Below are positions 25,082-37,300 of a stretch of DNA of 64,000 nucleotides, piece by piece. The notes below the pieces were generated by a model. It made no database searches, was not told where the DNA came from, and saw nothing but the letters and a program-made list of their open reading frames with translations. This DNA is from Asterias rubens (taxonomy: Eukaryota). Position 1 is the first letter of the stretch. Each line of letters opens with the position of its first letter. The stretch spans positions 29,698,001-29,762,000 of the forward strand of contig NC_047062.1 of NCBI RefSeq assembly GCF_902459465.1, given 5' to 3'. Position numbers and translations under genes: made by a program.

Positions 25082-26013
25082 CACTAAACTGCAAATCATA
25101 GTCACGCAGTAAGTACAAGTGATTTTGAAATCAATCTGTTTAAAAGAAACACAACTATCCTAGTTTATATAATTACTATTGTTTATGTAATAAGAACTGG
25201 ACTTGTACAGCACAACCAAAATACCAAAAGGATACAAAGTGGTATTAGCACGCATAATATTTGGCCATTGGAAAGATGTGGGACATGGTAGTAAAAGTGA
25301 TATGCATCACTACATCTGGCCTGAACATCTAATGTCAAACATACAATGTAGAACAGGCCTTGTACTTCACGGAGGCGATTTCCCCCATTCCCCTTGTTAT
25401 TGCCTTGGTGCCCTTAAAATGCTGCAATAGAATTTTACAACATCCTCATAGGGATCTTAAAGAAAAAAGTATATCTCTTCAGTTTTCAATCATCATCCAA
25501 ACAACCTGTATAAAATTAAATGTCACCAAATAAGGCGGCCATGTTTTGTTTTGTTTTTGAGGTATGTCTATCGATTAACTTGGCTGTTGTAAATTTGTAC
25601 CTTTTCACCCAGTGATGCAAATATTGTATGTTATTGTTGCAATTGTCTTCTTTTAAGTAACCATTTAAAATATATACTACAGTATGTGTGTATCACATAT
25701 TAAATTATAACAAGTTGTTGTATTTGTGTAGTTGAAAAATTGTTTGACTTCCATTTTTTTGTTTTACTACTCCTCCGAAACTATGGAATTGTAGATTCTT
25801 TGCTCAAGACAATTCTCGCAAAAACAAAAATCTACCTGACAAGTAGATATTTTTAAGTACTTTCACTTTCTTCAATTGCCTCATAACAAGCAAACATTGC
25901 CTTACCTTTGGGAAAACCCAAGTTTGCAATATTACAAAAGGAACTCAAGATGCTATTAATACAGAAATCATAACAGTTTCCAAGGTTGTTACAACACTCA
26001 TAGTTTGTAACAC

Positions 26014-26379
26014 TTAAAGGCACTGAACACTATTAGTAATTACTCAAAATAATTGTTAGCATAAAAACTTACTCGGTTACAAGCAATGGAGAGCTGTTGA
26101 TAGTATAAAACATTGTGAGAAACAACTCCCTCTGTAAGTTTTTGAGAAAGAGGTAATTTTTCTCACTAAAAAAAAAGAGATGACAAGCCTGAAGCCTTTT
26201 ATTACGCATCTGAAAACACCAATTTGTGCAACAATGGCGTTTTTTCTTTCATTGTTCTCTTGCAAATTCAATGACCAGTTGAGTCAGATTTTTTAGATTG
26301 TTTATTTATCCATTTGTTGGGATACACCAAGTGAGAATACTTGTCTTTGACAATTACCAAAGGTGTCCAGTGCCTTTAA
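26014..26379. mobile_element. Kolobok-like MITE copy
   Basis: TTAA-AGGCACTGAACAC ... GTGTCCAGTGCCT-TTAA. Confidence 0.8.
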
Positions 26380-26886
26380 AGGCAAATAACACCTAGTGTT
26401 TTTTGGAACTGTTGTTTTAATCCTATATAAATACAAATTTATACAAGAAAACTAACTTCAGTTCATTTCAAAAGGTGGTTGCATTTTTGAGATTTCACAC
26501 AAAAATATGGAGCAAGTACCATCCATGCCTAATACACAATCTGAGAAGTGTTACTGCAGTAAGGCTTCTCAGATTCAAACTTTGGGACAAAGAAAATAAC
26601 ACATTTTGACATTAACCAAATATTTTCTCAAAATGCTTTATACTTCCAAAAGCTGCTGTACGCTTCGAACCAAAAGTTTTCATTGGCCATTAATTATAAG
26701 AGTGATTACCAAACAAATACATTCCCTTTGATAGAAACCTAAAAAAGTGAAACCTTACACAATGTATTCTAGGTAGGCCTATGTACTTTATATTATTTGT
26801 TTAGACAGTGGGGAAATGATTTCTAGATCATCAAAAGACATAATAGTAGTAGTGCTTATTACTTAAAATATATATAGATATTATAA

Positions 26887-27024
26887 GTTATCACACAAGC
26901 GCCAGTGGAATACAAAAAAATATAGCGCTTCTGCGTCCCATATCCAACGAGGCCGAAGGCCAGTTGGATATGGGACGCAAACGTGCTATATTTTTTCGTA
27001 TTCCACATGCGTGCATGTGATAAC
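26887..27024. repeat. Foldback element with ~60-bp imperfect arms; left-half copy at 34752-34824
   Basis: GCGTCCCATATCCAAC-GAGGCCGAAGGCCA-GTTGGATATGGGACGC core; arms extend to GTTATCAC/GTGATAAC. Confidence 0.75.
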
Positions 27025-27760
27025 GAATTTATCTTCCAGTCTTACTTGCAGCGCGCAAAATTTAAAACCTCAGAGCGTTAGTTCACGCGCACAAAGTTTA
27101 GAATGTAATTTTTGCACTGTCCGTATACGGAGCGTGACAAAATGACATTTCACAATACGCACTGTGTAATAAAAACAGAGGAAGTAGGATATAAAACAGA
27201 GGTCGTAGCATATATGTTTTTATCCCCTAGTAGTTTGAGCTTCTGATTGGTGGATTAGCGCGTACTGGAAGATAAACATATATATATAGCTGTCAATTAC
27301 TGATGGACGTCTCAAAGCACTTCCAACATTACTAACCCTGGTCACATGTTTGTATTTTAACTTGCCTAAAGCCTATTCACGCCTATAGTGTTAAGTAAGT
27401 CAGCACTTATAAATATAAAGTGAAATAGGTACTTTTCTCCTCAAATACACTATATCATGCCTATGTTTATTGCAACATCAAGATTGCGTGACCAAATAAT
27501 AAGAATAAACCATGCATTTTCAAATTCCACTGTTTACAGAACAGCGAGATCCACTTTTCTTTCACTAATTGCAAGTCACATCCGTTTACTTTCAACTCAT
27601 ATTTCACTTTCAATTCCCTCAGAGTTTCTGTTTGCCGTGACAATGTTCTTTTAATGGCCTTTAAGTATAAATAGAAAAGAATGAGACTAGTGTTACTTTC
27701 ATTAGCACTGTGCGAAGCTGTAGTTACTGAGCTGGGTTGAAATCCCGATCTACTTACTGC

Positions 27761-28058
27761 AACATTTCTCCTGAAGACAATCTGATCATACTGAACGAAA
27801 CATTGAGTTGTCAACCAACAGCTCTTTTCAGAATCAACACTACTCAAAAGAGATTTTCTCAAAATATCTCCTGAAGACCATCATAGCATACTGATCGAAA
27901 CATTGAGTTGTCAACCATTGGCTCTTTTCAGAACCAACACCACTCAAAAGAGATTTTTTCAAAATTTCTCCTGAAGACCATCATAGCATACTGATCGAAA
28001 CATTGAGTTGTCAACCAACAGCTCTTTTCAGAACCAACACTACTCAAAAGAGATTTTC
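27761..28058 (+). repeat. Three tandem 100-bp units, each with a degenerate hammerhead core
   Basis: CTC CTGAAGA ... CGAAACATTGAG begins at 27768, 27868 and 27968 (exact 100-bp period). Confidence 0.85.
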
Positions 28059-28165
28059 ACATCGTGTTAACCACAAACGTCACCTAATTATCACAAAATT
28101 CCATTTTCGTAACCGATCAACTTTTTCGATACAAGCACACGACCATCTTTATCCTCAATACAATC

Positions 28166-30758
28166 ATGGCAGAGGTAATGTTCGGAGTACAATCATCTGA
28201 AAACACGGATACTTCACCGGTACCCTCAAGTCAATTGGCTGATAAGGAGGATGAAGACTGGTACCCAAGGAAGATTCAGCCCTTGCCACGCTCACTTGTC
28301 ATAACCCTCTGCATTTTGGGTTTATGGCGACCCAGGAGGGATGCCACCAGAAAACGGAGGGCAAGTAGTCAAGAATGGCCATCATGCCCCCAGCCATTAT
28401 GCCCCCAGGAAGCAGCACACTTCCAGGCTGGTCGAACCAGGACAAACTCCACCACTGAACTTATTGGCTACCCACCAAGTGCCACGAACAACAACTACGG
28501 AGCGACAGAAACTCTCCATGGGGTGTCGAGCTGTAGTACAACAACTGTTGAAACCGATGACAAATTAGGCTTGGATCACATGCACTGCAACATATGCAGA
28601 GATGAATTTGGAAATGAGCTGAGCCACGAGTCATCAGGTTTGTCACCTTTATTTTGTTTCACCCATTTTACCCCCACAAGAGTTAATAAAAAAATACTAT
28701 TCACTTTAAGGCACTGGACACTATTGATATTTACTCAAAATAATTGTCAGCATAAAAACTTACTTGGTTAACGAGCAATGGAGAGCTGTTGAAAATAAAA
28801 ACATTGCAAGAAACGGCTCCCTCTGAAGTAATGTAGTTTTTGAGAAAGAAACAATTTCTCATTAAAATATTTGAATTGGAGTTCCATGACCTCAGCTAGC
28901 TGAGATCTCGAACTCAAGCATTTGAAAGCTCACAACTTGTGAGACAAGGGTGTTTTTTTCTTCCATTATTCTCTCACAACTGAGTTTAAATTTTCACGTG
29001 TTTTTTTTTGTATGCATATGTTGAGATACACCAAGTAAGAAGACTGATCTTTGACAATTACCAAAGGTGTCCATAGTGCCCTTAACTACTTACGTAGATA
29101 CCATTAGTATTCATAATAATAATAATAGTGGCTGTTTATAAAGCGATTATGTCCCTCACTCAGTGACACTCAAGGTGCTTCAATATCCAGTTTTTTCCTG
29201 CAAGATATGTGGGACTACTTTTGAGTTATGTTATGAGACGTCCTTTTACACAGCACTATGTACAGATTTACAAGGTGATGTGGCGCAATATGCTGCCAGT
29301 CTAGTAATCTGAATTAAGTCTAGTGTTATTTTGAAATTTAAGATTTTCGGCAGTTGAACTCGGTGTACAGTTCTTGGTGTTTAAGGTTTAAAATAAGTTC
29401 TTCTACGTTCCCCACTCTCCACGGGTGGATTTAGGACTAGTCTCTAGGAGAAACTAAAAGCTTAAGTCTAGTCCTAAGGATGAGTTAGCGATAAGACTAG
29501 TCTTAACTCTTTGTGAAATCCAACCCAGAGTTAGACTAGTCTTATCTCCAGTTAGGACGAGTTACTTGTCCTAACTAAACTCTTAGGATTAGTCCCAAGT
29601 TAGGACCATCTTTGTGAAACCGACCCCTGGACCCCACAAATTGACTGTTTCCATCCTGAACTATTCCTCTCACTGTCTTCATTTCCAGCGGCAAAGACCA
29701 AGTTCTACCTTGTGCGAATGTTGATGCTCCTTTATCTGGTCAGCATGTCTGGATTAATGCTGTATGACTTTGTCATCTACTGTAAGTTCGGCTGGGGTAA
29801 ACGTGCGAGCACACTACTCCTAGTGTCATACTTCACCTATCTCTTCCAGGTCTTTGTGGTTCCAATATTTGGTCTGCTATCGGAACTCATGACCTTCCTT
29901 CAGACGGGGTCAAACTCCAGTGGTATATGGGCTGCTCTACAAACGAACTACATCTTAGAAAGAATTCAATACCTCAGAGGGAATTGTGTCCTATCCTGTG
30001 TGACCTGTGGACTGTTTCTGATCTGGCCGACAGGTAACGGCGTGTTGAGAATCATCTATGACTATGTCTATCGCCCGAATGGAGATGCTCATGCTAATAT
30101 AAGCCTCTGGTGTGCCCTTGTGTCCTACATCATGTATGGCTTCTTTTGCTTTCTCATTTACATCGAACGCAAGTCCTTCCAGAGTGAGTTCCGCGTGGTG
30201 GCACACTTTGTGGCGAGTAAGGCACCGAAGGGAATGCTTTTCATCGACTTGTGTAGGGACCATTTATCGGCAGTCTACCAGCGATTCCGCGTGATGCGGG
30301 ATTTCGTCGGGATCTGGATGGCGTTCACAATGGCTGTAGCGACTTGGGGCATCACAGCTCACCTCACTTGGAACTATGTCATCTTCACATATTGTGACGT
30401 CAGCCACGACAGTGACAATGTCGGACTACCTTTACTCAACGTGCTCATCTGGTCACAGAAAATCATGTTCTTTGTTCTGCCTTCACTGGCTGTAGGTGGG
30501 TTGAATATTGACTATGTGTGGAGGGAGTTCAGGTATATGATGGTGAGACATCAACGCCACTGTTACTCCGTCTTCTGGTCTCACATCAAGACACATATGG
30601 GGGATATCAATCTCTTCGCTAAAGGGTTGAGGGCTACTCTACTCTTCTCTGCGTTAGGGTTGTTTCTGGGTCTGGAACTGAGCAATGAATCGCAGAATGT
30701 AGCCTTTTGGAATGGACCTGGGGAGTACAACCTGACTGTTTTCTGTACACATCAGTGA
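28166..30758 (+). CDS. Uncharacterised multi-pass membrane protein, 513 aa, 2 exons; candidate gustatory receptor-like (7TMIC) protein
   Basis: join(28166..28637,29689..30758). Phase-1 junction G|gtttgt ... ttccag|CG is in frame with the 348-aa ORF. About 7 hydrophobic helices plus an N-terminal amphipathic LCILGLW segment; no signal peptide. The gene model is well supported; the family call is inference. Confidence 0.8.
28706..29085. mobile_element. Kolobok-like MITE copy in the intron of the 7-TM gene
   Basis: TTAAGGCACTGGACACTATTG ... CCAAAGGTGTCCATAGTGCCCTTAA. Confidence 0.8.
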
Positions 30759-30783
30759 TGTGGATGGTACGTTAATTACAAAA

Positions 30784-30985
30784 CTGGTTGGGGTAAGGCT
30801 GGGTTGGGGCAAGCCGCTAATGATCTGCCGCAATACTGGTTGGGGCAAGGCTGGGTTGGAGCAAGGCGTTAATGATCTGCCACAGTGAGATAATCGAGAC
30901 GTGGTGGTGGCATAATGAATCAGGTTTCCGCGATCGAATACTGCTCTCGCAAGATCGCTGCTCTCGCAAGATCGCTGCTCTCGTC
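30784..30985. repeat. 52-bp duplication and 17-bp tandem repeat downstream of the 7-TM gene
   Basis: CTGGTTGGGG..AAGGCTGGGTTGG at 30784 and 30836; CTGCTCTCGCAAGATCG x2.5 at ~30942-30983. Confidence 0.7.
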
Positions 30986-32229
30986 CAAAGCTGCTGGTTG
31001 TGGACTATCATGGGACTGTAGTCGTGGGAGCAGTAGTCTCGCAGGGGGCAGCAGTCTCTCGAGAATACTTCCAGTGTCGCAGGAATTGCAGGGAGATTCG
31101 GAATCGCGCAGGGGAGAGAGAGTCAGAATGCTTTCACCACGGCAGACATTTAACGACTTGTCCACAAGTGAGTGCATTCCAGGTATGGGGAGCCAAATGA
31201 GAGAAGGTGTGACTTGAAGCAGACTTGAGAAGCTTGACAGAGTTAGGTTCCATGAGTCGCAAGTAGTGTCAAATGCTGAGCAAAGGCTTGAGCGGCCAGA
31301 CCGGTGGAGAAACAAGCACATTCATACACTTTTATGCTTATTTCAATTTGACACATCACAATAAAGATTGCTGTATTTTTTTAGAATATTTGTTTTTTCT
31401 TTTGTTTAAATGGTATTGGTATTTCACATCAACAAAAAGAGTGCAGCACCAGCACGTAAACTTGGGTGTCACAGATTCGATTCCGGCTCTAGTCAATTTT
31501 TGTTTGTTCAACTCAAAATTTAGTCACCAGTTTCTGTAAATTACTTGATATGCAAACAGAAAGTAAGTTTCAGATTTCAACATAACAAATCATTAATTTG
31601 TTTTTGTGTGCCAGTTTACACTGATGTGTATTTTAAAAGTACTGTAAGTTGAAAATAAAAAGTAAAAAGTCAACAACCTTTGCCCTGCTGAAGGGAATGT
31701 CTCACCACAAAACCAAGCTAGCCCGGTGGCTATGCAGTCGTGGCAAGTCTCTGTCAGTGACTAATTGAGTCCCAACTATCACAGATTTGTTATTTTATGC
31801 ACGTGGTGGGATACACCATGTGAGAATACTGGTCTTTGACAAATAACAAAAGTGTCCAGTGCCTTTAAGTTGGTAGGTTAAGGGTGGAGTTAGGATGTTA
31901 GAAATTTTGGAAAGGGGTGAATGTGTGTGATATACATGGATGTGTAAATACTTAGTAACTGAAAAGAAAAGAGGTTAATTTTGAGGCATTTTGAACACTT
32001 TCAAATCAGCATTTATTTGCAATTAGTAACGTGATACAAAAAATTTGAAATTACTTTATTATTTCATAAGTCATTTAAAGCAAAGAGACCAAGAGGCACA
32101 AATAAAATGTCATAAGTAAATAAATTTTAAATAAAATCTCTTTTAATTTCTATTTGTCACATTGACAATTACTATAAAAAATGTGCAAAAACACAAAATG
32201 TCTGATTTTTTAAAACCATACAGCATAGT

Positions 32230-32557
32230 TTAAAAGCAGTGGTTTGGTAATTACTCAAAATTATATTGGCATAAAACCTTACTTGGTAACAAGTAGTGGG
32301 GAGCTGTTGATAGTATAAAACATTGTGAGAAACGGCTCCCTCTGAAGTAATGTAGTTTTTGAGAAAGAAGAAATTTTTCACAAATTTAATTTTTGAGACC
32401 TCAGAATTAGATTTTGAGGTCTCAAAATCAAGCATCTGAAAGCACACAACTTCGTGTGACAAGAAGGGTGTTTTTTCTTTCATTATTATCTCGCAACTTC
32501 GACGACCAGTTGAGTGACTGGTTTTTGACAATTACCAATAGTGTCCAGTGTCTGTAA
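32230..32557. mobile_element. Kolobok-like MITE copy
   Basis: Family-typical internal sequence and degenerate TIRs. Confidence 0.75.
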
Positions 32558-34330
32558 AGGCCTTATTGTCACACAGGGCAATTTTCAGGCAACTTGAAGG
32601 CAACCAACTGCACTGAACCCAATTTCATGGCTCCACTTACCACCGGATTCTGCGCTTACGATCACCATTCTCCGCTTGCATGGCAAACGCTAAACTTCTG
32701 CACAAGCTGTGTAAGGGTTGAGTTCCTAGTAACGTGGAGTACGCATGCCCACAAGCCACAAATTTACCTGCTAACCGGTGAAATACGCTTGACGTAAGCG
32801 CAAAATTCACTGCTTCCGAAAGCGCTGATTCTTTGCCCACGGTAGGCAGAGCCAAGAAATTGGTCCCCGTACACTCAGAAGCACAAGAGACATTCTTTCA
32901 GCTGTTAAGTCACTGTCCCCAAGAAAATAATGAGAAACTGATTGCAAGAGATTGCAAGGAACTGGCTGTTTGCCTGAGACTTTCCAACGCTAGGTGGCAG
33001 CAGACATACCGGGTAAATTTCCATTGTTTACGTAGTTCTGAACATGCGCATGATTCTGAGAACAATGGATTTACCCGGTAAGTCTGCTGCCCTCTATCGT
33101 CCCAGAAAGTCTCCCATTGCCACCTGTGACATGGCCGTGATGTTACCAGTGAAATTTAGTAGTAAGTGGTTGAAATAGTGTTAGTACTTAGTTGAGTAAA
33201 ACATGATCCTAAATAGCAAAGATCTTCACAAAGTAATTAAATGGAGATGGGCAGCTTATAATCACAACAGCATCGATGAAAACTCTTTGTTTCATATCAA
33301 CTAACGTAGAGAATTTTCCACATTCAAAATTCAAAACATTCAAGAAATTAAATTGAGATGTGCAGCTTATATTTTTATCTATCTGTTTGTTGTTAAATAA
33401 TTTTAAGCGTTTTTGTCTGTACTGTATGAATCATGGCCAGTTTTAATTTCCCCAGTGTGGGATAATAAAGTTCTTATCTATCTATAATCACACCAGCATC
33501 GATGAAACTTTGCTTCAAATCAACTAACGTAGAGATTTCCTTTTTCTAGAAAATGGCATGTCGTGGCTGAGCGGATAAGAACATCGAACTCTTGCTCTAG
33601 CGTTTCTGATCAGCAGAGTGTGGTTTTGAGTCCCAGTTATAGCACGCAAAAGTGTCTTTTAGAAAGACACTTCAAACCATTATTGCTGCATCCTTTGGAT
33701 GGGACATAAATCCGCAGGTCCCGTGTGTTGTGTTATGCACGTTAAATAACCTTAACACTTATAGTACACTTTTAAAGAGAAGAGGTTGGCCCTGGTGTTC
33801 CTATATTGCAAGATGCTTTACCATAATTGCTTTGTCCTTAAAGCCATTGGACACTTTCGGAACAGAAAAAAAAAAAAACTGTTCACAGATTTACAAATAA
33901 CTTACAGGGTTTACAGAAGGTAATGGTGAAAGACTTCCCTTGAAATATTATTTCATGAAATGCTTTACTTTTTGAGAAAACATCAAAACAATTATCAATT
34001 CTCGATATCGAGCATTACAGATTTATTTTAAACACATGTCATGACACAGCGAAATGTGCGGAAACAAGGGTGGGTTTTCCCGTTATTTTCTCCCGACTCC
34101 GATGACCGATTGAGCCTGGTGCAATCCGCCCCTGAAGCATGCGAGCTCAAAAACTTGCGAACGTGAAGCCCAATATTAACATTTATCTTTGGTTTTAAAA
34201 AAGCCCTACTCCACATTCTATGGTTTTAACTTCATTTTTTTTATGAATTTGTTTGGGGGGTAAAAAAAAACGGAATTTCTTTTGTTTGAGGGCAAAAAAT
34301 ACAACAGAATTCTGGTTAAAAACGGAGAAA

Positions 34331-37300
34331 TCACTCATAATTGGCGACAATTACGGAGCTGTTTTTCCGCAGATCAAAGTTACTGTAATACACCACTGGT
34401 TTTAAGCCCCACTCGTTTCCTCTGTACACCCCAAGATACGTAAAGACATCCGGCTTGTAATGCATGCTGCATCGGATCCCGATGGCTCGAAGTCGGCTTT
34501 CTAACTCCCTTACCTCGCCCTTGTCAGTGAAGTTGTTGTTGTACACACAGATGACTTGAGTTTCTTCATTTTCTTCCCATGTGCTGATTTTGGCGGACAC
34601 TCCGAGGCGACCGATGATTGTTGCACGGAATATCCTTTCCCAGGACAAGTCGGCGTGGATGCCTCGTCTCCGAAAGATCATCCACTTACCACATAAAGTC
34701 CTATAAACACAAAATCATATTAATAATTAATACCAGGTAGTTATACTAAACATTATCACACAAGCATGAGTAGAATACGAAAAACTATACAGTGCTTCTG
34801 CATACCATATCCAACGAGGCCGAACTTCAAGCAAACTGCAAGCAACGCAGAGGTCTCAGCTGAGGTCTCAACATCTTTCTTTCTCAAAAACTATGTTTAA
34901 AATCAGAGGGAGCCATTTCTCACAATGTTTTATACTATTAACAGCTCTCCATTGTTCGTTACCAAGTAAGTTTTTATGCTAACAATGAGTTTGAGTAATT
35001 ACCACTAGTGTCCACTGCCGTACAATACAAACATGGGTTTCATAAAAAGCACTCCAAATTTATACAAACTCACCCATGAGCCAGAGCAAGTTGCTGTATT
35101 TTCTGGAAGTTGATCTCTTCCCCTGATTCGTTGAGTTTTTCCCATGCATCTTTGAGGCCGAGTACATCCGTTCTCTTCCGTCTCTTACTACCCTCCTCTT
35201 CCTCCTCTTCCTCCTCCTCTTCCTCCCCCTCCTCCTCCTCCTCCCCATCATTATCCCCTTGAACATCATCTTCATCCTCATCGTCATCGTCATCCTCCTC
35301 CTCCGACGACGAGGAAGACAGCTCAAAATCTCCACGAGGAGCACAAACAAAGACCCAAGATATTCCATCAGATCTGTACAAATAGATTCCAAAATACTCT
35401 ATATTAGTGTTTGGGCACAACAAAATGATGACTAGGCATTTGTGAACAAACACATAGCTGGTCCCTGTTGTTTTGCTTCGATTAAGTGCTTCAAAGCTTG
35501 AAAGTTGATCTGATTTTAAGATGGAAGAGTATTTATATAGCACTTTATACACATGAAGGGCGTCTCAAAGCACTTCCAATATTAGTACCCCTGGTTACTG
35601 GGCCATTTAATTCATTCCTTAAAGGCAGTGCACACTATTGGTAATTACTCAAAATAGTTATTACCTTAAAACCTTACTTGGTGACCAGTAATGGGGAGAG
35701 GTTGATGGTATAAAACATTGTGAGAAACGGCTCCCCCTGAAGTGCCATAGTTTTCGAGAAAGAAGTTATTTTTCACGAATTTGATTTTGAGACCTCATCT
35801 TTAGAACTTGAGGTCTCGAAATCAACCATCTTTAATAACGCACACAACTTTGTGTGACAAGGGTGTTTTTTCTTTCATTATTATCTCGCAACTTCAACGA
35901 CCAATTGAGCTCAAATTTTCACAGGTTTGTTATTTTATGCATATGAGATACACCAAGTGTAATGTCAAAGACCCATATTCTCACTTGGTGTATCCCATCC
36001 CAACACGCATAAAATAACAAAGCTCTGAAATTTTGACTCAATTGGTCATCGAAGTTGCAAGAGAATAATGAATGGAAAAACACCCTTGCGATGCACAAAT
36101 TTGTGTCCTTTCAGATTCATTCATAAATACCAGTTTCGCTATTCCTATTGGTGGAGAGCGCATCACGTGGGTGTGTATAAACCTTTGTGACAGTAAAAAG
36201 TGTCGAAACACATGCGTGACCTGCGAGCTTGCACCTGTGCTTATACAGTTTCTTCATTCCTATTGGTCAAGAGCAACGGCCGGGACAGCCACATCACGCA
36301 ATACGCGCGACGCACACAGTATTCCCTTATAAGGAAATGTTTACATGAGGGCGGCGGAGGGCTTTACCATTTTATAGCTGGAGGGGTGTTGTGTTGAAAG
36401 AAATCATTGAACAATTATAATGGTTGCATTTATTTTACTTTTTGACCAAAAAGTGTCAATGTTTTTGACCGAAAAGGTATTTATGAATGGGAATCAAAGT
36501 GTGGTGAATCGGTTTTCAACTAGTGGTTTAAACCCGACAAGGCCTGGTTCTTGATAATTGACCTCGACTTCGTCTAGGTAAATTTATCAAGAACCAGGCC
36601 TCGTTGGGATTAAACCACTAGTTGAAAACCTCTTCACCACACATTGACTCCCTTATTTAAAGACACTGGACACTATTGGTATTTGTCAAAGACTAGCCTT
36701 CACAGTTGCATAAAATAATAAACCTGTGAAAATTTGAGCTCAATATTGGTTGTTGAAGTTGCTAGATAATAATGAAAGAAAAATCACCCTTGTCACACGA
36801 AGTTGTGTGCTTTAATATGCTTGATTTCGAGACCTCAAATTCTAAATCTGAGGTCTTGTAATCAAATTCGTGGACAATTAAATTCTTTCTTCAGAGGGAG
36901 CAGTCTCTCACAATGTTATATACTACCAACCTCTCCCATTACTCGTTACCAATAAAGGTTTAATGCTAATCATTATTTTGAATAATTACCAATAGTGTCC
37001 TCTGCCTTTAATAAAAGATTTTAGGCCCAAAGTCTTTTATTATTTGAGTGAGAAAATACGTCTTTCTCAAAAACTACGTTACTTCAGAGGGAGCCGTTTC
37101 TCACAATGTGATATACTATTAACAGATCTCCATTCCTTGTTCTCAAGTAATTTTGAGTAATTACCAATATTGTCCAGTGCCATTAAAATTTACAAACTAT
37201 CACCTTTTTAGTTTGGATGACCGACAATCCGTCAAGAACATGTTTGCCGCAACCTGCAACGCTGGTGGAGGAATCGCATCAGTGTAGAATTTGAGCCATG

